From Staphylothermus hellenicus DSM 12710 (GTDB lineage Archaea > Thermoproteota > Thermoprotei_A > Sulfolobales > Desulfurococcaceae), in contig NC_014205.1 in the NCBI RefSeq assembly GCF_000092465.1, positions 750,001 to 782,000 on the forward strand: a stretch of DNA of 32,000 nucleotides, given 5' to 3'. Below, piece by piece: positions 17,210 through 25,055 of this stretch (its first letter is position 1; each line of letters opens with the position of its first letter). Made by a program: the position numbers and the translations under genes. The notes below the pieces were generated by a model. That model was not told where the DNA came from and made no database searches. It saw only the letters and a list, made by a program, of their open reading frames with translations.

Positions 17210-17224
17210 TCCAGAACACCTCCT

Positions 17225-18187
17225 CTATGATGCATACAACCAGCATGCAACAAAGTGTCCGTTTCCAAAATCTATTAAGGGAGGCTCCCTCTCCCTACAT
17301 ATTTCCTGGGCATTAGGGCATCTTGGATAGAATCTGCATCCCTTTGGAGGATTAAAGAGATTTGGCGGTGAGCCTTTCAGCCCCGTGAGTCTCTTGATCT
17401 TATAATTTATATCTAGGGTGGGGATTGATCCTATGAGTTTCCTAGTATATGGGTGTAAAGGATTCGTTATAACTTCCTCGAGGGGCCCTATTTCGACTAT
17501 TTTCCCAGCATACATGATGGCCAGCTTGGTTGCTATCTGTCTCACAGTTGCTATGTCATGTGTGACGAATATCATTGTCTTCACTATTTTCTTGTTCCAG
17601 AGGTCCCAGAGGAGCTCTATGACATATCTCTGCGTTGATGTGTCCAGCGAGGATGTAGGTTCGTCAGCTATTAGTAGGTCCGGCGAGAACATTGTTGCCA
17701 AGACAATTACGGCTCTCTGCTTCATACCACCAGATAACTCGAGGGGATACATGTCGATCACGCTTCTCGGCAAACCTAGGAGCTTCGCTCTCTCAATGAA
17801 TAACTCGGTAATTTCTCTTGGATCCTGACCTTTGCTCTCAGCGAGATCCTTCAGGAAACTCTTAATCTTCTTTATCACAGGTAAGGCATTCATAGAATAT
17901 TGTGGTATAACTGATATCTTAGTTAATAGGAGTTTCCTCCTCTCCTCTCCTGTTAGCTTGGTCAACTCTACGTTGCGGAACCTGGCTGAACCTCCAGCTA
18001 TGAACATTGGTGGCTTGGGGAGAATCAAACTTTGCATAAGAGTAGTTTTTCCACAGCCGCTCTCACCTATTACCCCTAAAATATCCCTCTCTTCTACGGT
18101 GAGATTGACCCCGTCAACGGCTTTCACATAGCCTTTAAGCGTTCTATAGTAAACCTTATAGTTGTTGAGGACGAGTACTTCACCCAT
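17225..18187 (-). CDS. ABC transporter ATP-binding protein (Opp/Dpp D-type)
   Basis: Walker A is GESGCGKTT, the signature is LSGGMKQR and Walker B is LIADEPTS. The C-terminus is GCRFYPRCPNAQEIC. The start is set to the ATG at 18187 (MGEVLVLNN), 4 nt after the upstream permease stop. The ORF-track start at 18229 would overlap that gene by 38 nt. Confidence 0.85.
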   Translation of the reverse strand: MGEVLVLNNYKVYYRTLKGYVKAVDGVNLTVEERDILGVIGESGCGKTTLMQSLILPKPPMFIAGGSARFRNVELTKLTGEERRKLLLTKISVIPQYSMNALPVIKKIKSFLKDLAESKGQDPREITELFIERAKLLGLPRSVIDMYPLELSGGMKQRAVIVLATMFSPDLLIADEPTSSLDTSTQRYVIELLWDLWNKKIVKTMIFVTHDIATVRQIATKLAIMYAGKIVEIGPLEEVITNPLHPYTRKLIGSIPTLDINYKIKRLTGLKGSPPNLFNPPKGCRFYPRCPNAQEICREREPPLIDFGNGHFVACWLYAS

Positions 18188-18191
18188 ATTT

Positions 18192-19046
18192 TTACACTCT
18201 CCTAAGCCTTGGATTGAACACTTCCTCAAGGGAGACTGTTAGGATAATTAAGGAGCTTATCAATGCGATCATGATAATGCCTGGGAAAAGCCACCACCAC
18301 CAAATGTCCAGGCTGACAGCACCCCACATCACTGCTAAGTTGACTATGCCGCCTAATGACCACTCAGCAGCTCCTAGCCCGAGGAATTCCAGTGTAACTA
18401 CCGCTAGAATAGCGCTATTTAATTGGAGCACAAAGGAGAGCAGTATATAGGATGCTAGATTAGGCAAAATATCCTTGAAAATCACCTTAAGACTACTGTT
18501 ACCGCTAAGGAGCGATAAGTACACATAGCCATACCTGCTTAGGGCGGCTACTTGGGAGCGAACAGCCCTAGCCAGCCATGGCCATGAAAATAATCCCACT
18601 AGTAAGCCTAGTATTACAATCCCCCTCGTTGCCATATAATTGATTATTAGGAGCACGAGTAAGATGTAAGGTATAGACAGGAAGATATGGGTAAGAATCT
18701 CCACTGATGAGTCAACCCATCCACCCTTAAAGCCAGCAATAATGCCGAGAAAGGCACCTATAAGTGTTGCAACAATTGCTGCAACCACTCCAGCTGATAG
18801 GGAGATCCTAATACCATAGACTACCTGAGCGAAGACATCATAGCCAAAATAGTCGACGCCAAAGGGGTGCTCGAGAGATGGAGGGCTGGCTATAGTACCA
18901 GTGGGTGTTCTTGGGCCGTAAGGTGTTAGTAGGGGGCCGAATATTCCGAGGAGGACTATAAAGATTACTATGGAAAAAGTTATCCAGAACTTTTTATTTC
19001 TCTTCAATAAAATCTTGGTTTCCTCTGAGATGCGTATCGATAGCAA
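18192..19046 (-). CDS. ABC transporter permease (Opp/Dpp C-type)
   Basis: 284 aa with multiple hydrophobic helices, in the typical position and size within an SBP-perm-perm-ATPase-ATPase operon. Confidence 0.85.
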   Translation of the reverse strand: MLSIRISEETKILLKRNKKFWITFSIVIFIVLLGIFGPLLTPYGPRTPTGTIASPPSLEHPFGVDYFGYDVFAQVVYGIRISLSAGVVAAIVATLIGAFLGIIAGFKGGWVDSSVEILTHIFLSIPYILLVLLIINYMATRGIVILGLLVGLFSWPWLARAVRSQVAALSRYGYVYLSLLSGNSSLKVIFKDILPNLASYILLSFVLQLNSAILAVVTLEFLGLGAAEWSLGGIVNLAVMWGAVSLDIWWWWLFPGIIMIALISSLIILTVSLEEVFNPRLRRV

Positions 19047-19047
19047 C

Positions 19048-20058
19048 TTAGCTCCTAACCCCCAACCTTATGCGTGGATCTAGGATCACATATAGCATGT
19101 CTATGATAAAGTTGGCCGCAATCACCATTATGGTTAATAACAATATGGATCCCTCTAGCAGGAAGGGGTCATTATTGATAATGGCATTGTTGAGGAAGAA
19201 GCCTAGGCCAGGATAGTTAAATATGTACTCGATGACAATCGAGCCTACTACTAGGGTTCCAAGCTGTACGCCTAAACCTGAGATTTGAGGGTTTATGGCG
19301 TGCCTGAATGCGTACATAGTTATCTTTTTTATCGACATGCCAAGTGACTCCATGTATTTGGAGTAATCTGACTCCATCTCATATATGATCATAGTCCTTA
19401 TTCCAGATGCCCAGCCTCCCATGGAAACTAGTACGAGGCTTAGCAGGGGAAGCGTTAATGCGTGGAGAAAGCCTAGGAAGGAGTCCCAGCTAGGGTTATC
19501 AAGCAAGCTGTTAACTACGGATGACTGTATAACTGTTGGGAAATAATTGTACTTAACTGTGAGAGCCCATTGTAAAAGCATGGCTAGGATGAAGTATGGT
19601 GTGGAACTAAGAACATAAAAGATGGGCATTAATATTTTATCCAGCCTCCTATACATTGCCGCAAGTGCTCCAAGATAATTCCCTATAAACCAACTTATTA
19701 TAATTGCTGGAACCATGAGAAGTATGTCGAAAATTAGTGCCCTATAAACTATGCTGGATACAGGCCTTCCCAGTAACCACAGGCTAATACCAAAATCCCC
19801 TGAGAAGATGCCTCTTAGAAACAGGAGGTATTGTTCATGAAGAGGTTTATTAAATCCGAATGCTTGCATGAAATAGGAGGATGCAACGGTTGCACCCGCC
19901 TGGCCAGCGCCTCCAAAAGCACCCACCCTCGCGATCACTGTGGCTAGGGGGTTCCCTAGAAGCCTGGGCACCAGCCATACAATGCTAACAGCTATGAGGA
20001 ACACCATAGTATAGATTATAATTCTTTTTACAATGTATTGAACCAAACCCATAATCAC
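19048..20058 (-). CDS. ABC transporter permease (Opp/Dpp B-type)
   Basis: 336 aa polytopic membrane protein. Its stop lies 1 nt before the start of the next permease. Confidence 0.85.
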   Translation of the reverse strand: MIMGLVQYIVKRIIIYTMVFLIAVSIVWLVPRLLGNPLATVIARVGAFGGAGQAGATVASSYFMQAFGFNKPLHEQYLLFLRGIFSGDFGISLWLLGRPVSSIVYRALIFDILLMVPAIIISWFIGNYLGALAAMYRRLDKILMPIFYVLSSTPYFILAMLLQWALTVKYNYFPTVIQSSVVNSLLDNPSWDSFLGFLHALTLPLLSLVLVSMGGWASGIRTMIIYEMESDYSKYMESLGMSIKKITMYAFRHAINPQISGLGVQLGTLVVGSIVIEYIFNYPGLGFFLNNAIINNDPFLLEGSILLLTIMVIAANFIIDMLYVILDPRIRLGVRS

Positions 20059-20115
20059 TTACCCTCCAGGAATGAATTAAATGAAAAAATATTGTTTTAA
20101 AGATTATTTTTGTCC

Positions 20116-22149
20116 TCACCTTAGTCTTCTCCTATAATATAGCCATAAAATTATTGCTATTATGATGATTATGATTGTTATTATTATTGCCCATGTTGTC
20201 GCACTTACACCTGTAGCTGCCGGTGGCGTTGTAGTAGTCGTGGTAGTTGGGGCTGGAGGCGGGGTGGTTGTTGTAGCAGTCGTAGTGGCGGTTATTGTTG
20301 GAGGTATTGTGGTTGTTGGCGGAACTGTTGTTGTAGTTGTCGTTGTAGTAGTCGTAGTAATGGTGGGATGTGTAGGTTTCAAGTGTAGTAGTACGAGTAA
20401 TCCTGCATCAGCAGTCCATCGCCCTGACCATGATACTGGGATAGTATATGGGTTCTCCTCTGTAGGCCATCCGGTCCAGTAAAATGTTGTGGCCTGGAAC
20501 CAGTAGCCGTTACACCACAACGGTATATATGGCATCTCATCCAAAAATATCTTCTCAAGCTCATAATAGAGCTTCTTAAGCCTCTCCTCATCCGTGAGTG
20601 GTGTGTAGGAGATATTTTCTAGTAGCTCCGTAACGTTCTCGTTTCTATATCTGCCAAAGTTTCCGCTCCAAGAATATTCCCCGATATCCGGCGCGTCAGG
20701 CCAGAGAAGCCAGTTATATACTAGGTAGGGCGATATCGACCCATAGCTTCCGAAGTTGTTTATCAACAAGTCGAAGTCTCCTCTATACATTTTATCTGAA
20801 TAGAGTCCATAAGCAGGGAAGCTGGGTGTGACTTTTATACCTACAGCCTTGAGACAGTCCGCGATAATTATTGCTGCCTGCATCCAGTCGGTCCATCCGT
20901 AGGGTACTATTATTTCTAAGTCTATCTTGCTTCCGTCAGGGGCTTCTCTCCATCCATCACCATCTATATCCACGTATCCGGCCTCATCTAGTATTTTCTT
21001 GGCCTTGTCAGGGTCATATGTGTAGTTGTAGCTATTTATCAGGTCTGTGGCAATGAACTTTTTCCAGCCAGGTATCTCTAAGAGACCTACAGGATTCGCC
21101 TTTACAACTGCGCCTTCGTAGACCTCGTTTATTATCCTATCAATATCGATTGCATAGTACATTGCTTTTCGGAACTCAGGAGTCATTATAGTGTTGTTGT
21201 GGTTTACGAAGATATATGCAACAGTTGCTGATAAATAGTATGGCGGGTGTTTATAGAATGTGACTAGGAAATTATATCTCTTCACTAGATCAGGTATTCC
21301 CGGTATGAAGAAGTTGCTCCAGTCCAAGTCTCCTCTAAGCAGTAGTCCTAGTGCCACCTGGTTACTGAAAACCATAATGTACTTAATGTATTTGGGCCCC
21401 GGAAGGCCGAAGTATTTCTTGCCCCACCAATCATCATTCCTCACAAGGTACGCTGCATCCTGTGTAGTCATATATACCTTGTACATGCCTGAACCCACAA
21501 TATCCTCGGGCTTATCAGCTCCAACGACCTCCATCTGAAGGACTTCAGCCCCTTTCTCCTCCACTATTGGTTTAAAGATGTGTCTTGGGAGAATGGGTAT
21601 GGTGTAAAGGGCAGAATAGAAATCGGGGTAGCTTATTGCAGTTGTGTTGAACTTGAATATGACTGTGAAGTCATCTGGCGTCTCAACATCGATAGTATAA
21701 TTGGCCATGCTTGAGTAATATAGTGATGGCAACATTTGGGGTAGCTCGTAGAAGGTGAATTTTACATCGGCGCTTGTAACCGGGGTTCCATCAGACCACT
21801 TAGCGTCTCGGAGCTTTATCTGCAGAGTCTGGTTATCTAGCCATTTAGGTTCCTCGGCAGCTAGCCAGGGGATCAGCGTGTCGTTGAGAGGTTCGTAGAG
21901 ATATAGAGTCTCGTATATTAACCCAATAGTTCCAGTTGTTGCAACCCATGGTAAAAGCGGGTTCCAGTTTGTTGGAGGATTCCAGAGGCCTCCCCCTATA
22001 ATTAATGTTTCCTCTCTAGGCGGCTCCGCCTTTTCTGCTGAGACAATATGTGTTGCTGAGGCAAGAGGAGTCATAGTCGATACAACAATTAAAACGGTGA
22101 ATACAGCGACTAGTATTATAAAGCTCCTTTTCAGAAAGGATCCCGCCAT
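20116..22149 (-). CDS. family-5 (OppA/DppA-like) extracellular solute-binding protein, probably for beta-gluco-oligosaccharides, with a Thr/Pro linker and C-terminal TM anchor
   Basis: Start set to the ATG at 22149 (MAGSFLKRSFIILVAVFTVLIVV... signal), preceded by GGGGGGAG. The ORF-track start at 22182 is a TTG. The large mature domain is followed by a T/P-rich tract and then AIIITIIIIIIAIILWLYYRRRLR. Confidence 0.8.
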   Translation of the reverse strand: MAGSFLKRSFIILVAVFTVLIVVSTMTPLASATHIVSAEKAEPPREETLIIGGGLWNPPTNWNPLLPWVATTGTIGLIYETLYLYEPLNDTLIPWLAAEEPKWLDNQTLQIKLRDAKWSDGTPVTSADVKFTFYELPQMLPSLYYSSMANYTIDVETPDDFTVIFKFNTTAISYPDFYSALYTIPILPRHIFKPIVEEKGAEVLQMEVVGADKPEDIVGSGMYKVYMTTQDAAYLVRNDDWWGKKYFGLPGPKYIKYIMVFSNQVALGLLLRGDLDWSNFFIPGIPDLVKRYNFLVTFYKHPPYYLSATVAYIFVNHNNTIMTPEFRKAMYYAIDIDRIINEVYEGAVVKANPVGLLEIPGWKKFIATDLINSYNYTYDPDKAKKILDEAGYVDIDGDGWREAPDGSKIDLEIIVPYGWTDWMQAAIIIADCLKAVGIKVTPSFPAYGLYSDKMYRGDFDLLINNFGSYGSISPYLVYNWLLWPDAPDIGEYSWSGNFGRYRNENVTELLENISYTPLTDEERLKKLYYELEKIFLDEMPYIPLWCNGYWFQATTFYWTGWPTEENPYTIPVSWSGRWTADAGLLVLLHLKPTHPTITTTTTTTTTTTVPPTTTIPPTITATTTATTTTPPPAPTTTTTTTPPAATGVSATTWAIIITIIIIIIAIILWLYYRRRLR
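20200..20385 (-). repeat. low-complexity Thr/Pro-coding tract (ACN/CCN codon repeats) inside the SBP gene
   Basis: It encodes THPTITTTTTTTTTTTVPPTTTIPPTITATTTATTTTPPPAPTTTTTTTPPAATGVSA. The plus-strand complement reads as a poly-Val/Gly pseudo-ORF (20162..20482). Confidence 0.8.
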
Positions 22150-22646
22150 ATACAAATTCTCCCCCCACTTTAGTGTATTCAATATAATTAGTTTTTAAGT
22201 TATCCTTAAAATATATTTCTCCAAGTTTAAATGTGAATCAATAAAAAATTTAAATAAATATTTAAAAAATTAGAGCATAAACCTCTCCTCGATCATCTCA
22301 GTGACAAATTTAGCATTTAGGTCTTAAGCGATAGCTTAGCTCATTTTGTATACTGTTCTAGCCGGCTGTAACAAATATAACGAGAGTTACGGCCAGACAT
22401 TCTTCTCTCCGGCTTCAGTAAGGGGGTTTCAGGAGGAGCAGATAATTTTCTCATCCCGAGCACGCTTATAGCCCAGCGCCTATTTAGTGCCAGTTTTCAA
22501 CCACACACTGGGCACAAGCCCCAAAACCTTATTACTAAATACAGTTTTGGCTAATTTTCTCTATTTGTTTATAAGCCAAGGATGAATGAAGTAGTTGAAT
22601 ATGCTGAGAATATTTTCATAGAATATAGATCTCTATAACTGAAAGC

Positions 22647-22676
22647 TCCGCTTAATTTATGTCCGCTTAATTTATG
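22647..22676. repeat. perfect 15-bp tandem duplication TCCGCTTAATTTATG x2
   Basis: Read directly: 22647-22661 and 22662-22676 are identical. The repeat is intergenic, between the GH1 gene and the ABC operon. Confidence 0.85.
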
Positions 22677-22806
22677 CCGGCTACAATATTTAAAATAAGC
22701 TACTGATCTTAGCATACATGGGGATTGTTATTGGAAAAAAGGTTCTTCTTGAACCTAACTTGAAACTAGTTCTTCGAGCTCCTTTATACTTTTCAATATT
22801 ATTATG

Positions 22807-24372
22807 CTAGGCTCTATCCCATTTCATTTCTATTAGGTATTTCAAGTATTCTTTGGGTATAGAGTTTGATTCTGCTATGGATTTGTAGATCATGGCTGAG
22901 GGTCTGGGTTTTCTCTCCTTTGTAGTAAGATCTACCTCGTATAATCCGAATCTTTGCCTAAATCCGTGTGCCCATTCATAGTTGTCTAATAGAGCCCAAT
23001 GCAGGTATCCTTTAACACTTACACCGTTCTCTATTAGTTTGTGTAGGACATATACATGGTTTACTATGTATGCTGGACGATATATATCGTGGGGGTCTGA
23101 GATACCGTTCTCGGTAATATATATGTTTTCACAATACTTCCTAGCTATCAATACAGCCTTCTCCAACCCCTCGGGATAATGTTCCCATCCCATTGCACTA
23201 CACCATCTCCCAATCTTTGAGAACCCGTAGGGGTTGCAGGCGTATCCGTAGCCAGGTACGGTGGCGAAGTCCATGATTTTATTTCCATGCATGGGTTCTA
23301 AACGCTTAACCACTGCTCTTGTATAATAGTTTACACCAATCCAGTCTAATTTCCTCCCGCCTAATAGCGGCGGCTTAACGATTGTTGTCTGGTCAAGGTT
23401 TAGATCGAGTTTCCCACTAGTAATGGCTGTTAGGAAAGCATCGTTATGCAGGTAGGAGTGATGTTCTGCAGCCTCTTCATCTCCCTCGCTGAGACCATAC
23501 ACTGGGACAATATTATATATTATGCCTACATGAGCAGCCTTATCCGAGTCCTGATCTGCCTTTACAGTGTCAAATTTCTTAACCATATCATATGCTAGGG
23601 AGTGTGCTAGAATAAGATTTGTTACAGCCTTTGGGAAGGATTGGGGGGCATTCACTCCTGGCGGGAAGCCGCTTTGAGGCCATAGGTAGCCCAGTTCTGC
23701 TGGTACCATGGGCTCGTTTATGGTTGACCAGAAATCAACTATATCACTCAGCTTCCACGCCATATACGCAGCATATTTTGCGAATTCTACTGGGAAGGAG
23801 TGCTCTAATAATCCTAGGGGGCCCTTTCGAAGACCTGTCTCTCTAGCTCTCAGGGGGTTGTGGAGCCAGTAGGGTATAGTGAAATGGTAAAGGTTAACTA
23901 TTACTTTAAAGCCTAGTCGTCGAAGATCCGTTATTATATCACGATAAAATCTTAGAGCGCTCTGACTAGCTAGTTTGTCCAGCTCCCTCAAAGTATCCTC
24001 GGTAATCTTAACACTTTTTATAAGACCATTACCATCATACTCAACATCCACCTCAACAAACCACGTTGGGTGGGGAAAGATTCTGCTCCACTCGATCCCA
24101 ATCCTATAAGTGTTTAAGCCAAGCCTATACGCTATTTCGTGATCCCTCCTATACAGCTCAGCATAATTTATCCCATCCTCAGGTAGGTCTCCACTAACAA
24201 GCCTAGCACTAATATTGTAAGGATCCCTAACCCAGTGCCACCAATCAGTATTGGTATCAATAAACCTTCTATAAGCATCCCCCATTTCAAATTGAAATCC
24301 AGACTGCGAAACACCCCATTTGAACCCCTGAGGAAACTCTATCTTCTCAGAAGACGTAAAAGATCCTCCCAT
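22807..24372 (-). CDS. GH1 beta-glycosidase (beta-glucosidase/galactosidase, LacS/CelB-like)
   Basis: The N-terminus is FPQGFKWGVSQSGFQFEMG. TINEPMV is the acid/base motif and YITENGISD is the nucleophile motif. The start is set to the ATG at 24372, because the ORF-track TTG at 24402 abuts a TTTATATTTAA TATA-like box. Confidence 0.9.
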   Translation of the reverse strand: MGGSFTSSEKIEFPQGFKWGVSQSGFQFEMGDAYRRFIDTNTDWWHWVRDPYNISARLVSGDLPEDGINYAELYRRDHEIAYRLGLNTYRIGIEWSRIFPHPTWFVEVDVEYDGNGLIKSVKITEDTLRELDKLASQSALRFYRDIITDLRRLGFKVIVNLYHFTIPYWLHNPLRARETGLRKGPLGLLEHSFPVEFAKYAAYMAWKLSDIVDFWSTINEPMVPAELGYLWPQSGFPPGVNAPQSFPKAVTNLILAHSLAYDMVKKFDTVKADQDSDKAAHVGIIYNIVPVYGLSEGDEEAAEHHSYLHNDAFLTAITSGKLDLNLDQTTIVKPPLLGGRKLDWIGVNYYTRAVVKRLEPMHGNKIMDFATVPGYGYACNPYGFSKIGRWCSAMGWEHYPEGLEKAVLIARKYCENIYITENGISDPHDIYRPAYIVNHVYVLHKLIENGVSVKGYLHWALLDNYEWAHGFRQRFGLYEVDLTTKERKPRPSAMIYKSIAESNSIPKEYLKYLIEMKWDRA

Positions 24373-24521
24373 ATCGCCTACACCTTCAATTTTATCTATC
24401 AATTAAATATAAATTCTCATTTCTAAAAACTTTTCTTGGAAGAGAACCGGAAATTTTGCGAGAAGAAGTTTTTATCTACTGTAGCAATATCCTCGTCTCT
24501 CTCAATGAATTACTTGAATAA

Positions 24522-24593
24522 TTATCTAGCAGTTTCAGAACTATTCTCCTCAATAACTAATTTTACTATGAAGGAAGCGTCTAAAACAATCAT
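24522..24593 (-). pseudogene. truncated PIN-domain (VapC-like) N-terminal fragment
   Basis: MIVLDASFIVKLVIEENSSETAR-stop resembles the N-terminus of the intact VapC at 2853..3281. Its ATG overlaps the upstream antitoxin-like stop as ATGA. The remaining ~100 codons of a PIN domain are absent or decayed before the GH1 promoter. Confidence 0.5.
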
Positions 24594-24812
24594 CTACTCT
24601 CCCTATCTTCTCTAATTAGCTTAGTAGAATCAACCCTAACTCTCCTCTTCTTGGCTCTCGAACTTACTTCTTCAAAGGCTTCTAATAATTCATAGCTTCT
24701 AATTTTTTTTCTCGATGAATTTTCTTATTTCCTCGCTCCAGTTGATATTGATTTTTCCCATTTTCTCTTTCAGTTCTTCAGGGATTCTAATAGATATTAT
24801 TGTTAAGCCCAT
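24590..24812 (-). pseudogene. VapB-like antitoxin gene interrupted by a frameshift in an A8 homopolymer
   Basis: The ATG at 24812 gives MGLTIISIRIPEELKEKMGKININWSEEIRKFIEKKN-stop (stop at 24699-24701). Removing one A from the run at 24703-24710 restores ...EKKIRSYELLEAFEEVSSRAKKRRVRVDSTKLIREDRESR-stop at 24590. It is a paralog of the 3263..3511 product (SFRISRELKEKMDKLKHINWSEVVRKAI). Confidence 0.6.
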
Positions 24813-25055
24813 ATTATAAACCATGTATTACTACATGTATTACAAATAACATGAGATTTACTTATACAGCCATAAGGGTTGTAATATTATGTTCTACAAA
24901 ATATTTGAATTAATAATAGCTCTGTATTAAGATAATTTTTGTTCTTTACTGAGGATCCTGATTATGATGTTTAACAGATTAATTTAATATTTTTATTTTT
25001 TGTTTGACATATGCTGTTTTCGAAAGAAAATAGTTGTTTATTTATGGTGGTTGAA

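Noticed and set aside
20162-20482. 106-aa plus-strand ORF rich in Val/Gly (MMIMIVIII...VVVVVVGAGGGVVVV)
   Set aside because: It is the antisense reading of the Thr/Pro-coding low-complexity tract and TM helix of the SBP gene (ACN codons read as NGT on the other strand). It has no independent signals.
22337-22540. tRNA or other known RNA gene in the G+C-enriched patch
   Set aside because: There is no GTTC(G/A)AAT T-loop, no acceptor-stem complementarity at a 70-90 nt spacing, and too little G+C for a hyperthermophile tRNA/SRP/RNase P RNA. It is kept only as a low-confidence candidate finding.
22578-22646. Possible C/D box sRNA (GGATGAATGAAG ... CTGA ... CTGA)
   Set aside because: The putative C box is ATGAATGA rather than RUGAUGA. 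No convincing C' box lies between the two CTGA motifs, and no terminal stem is present. The CTGA tetramers are expected by chance.
25011-25055. Longer N-terminus (MLFSKENSCLFMVVE) for the M32 carboxypeptidase
   Set aside because: The recalled Pyrococcus homolog aligns from MVFENQ (25056), and the extra 15 residues have no counterpart. The extension cannot be fully excluded, because the AT-rich box at about 24985-25000 could also drive a leaderless transcript at 25011.
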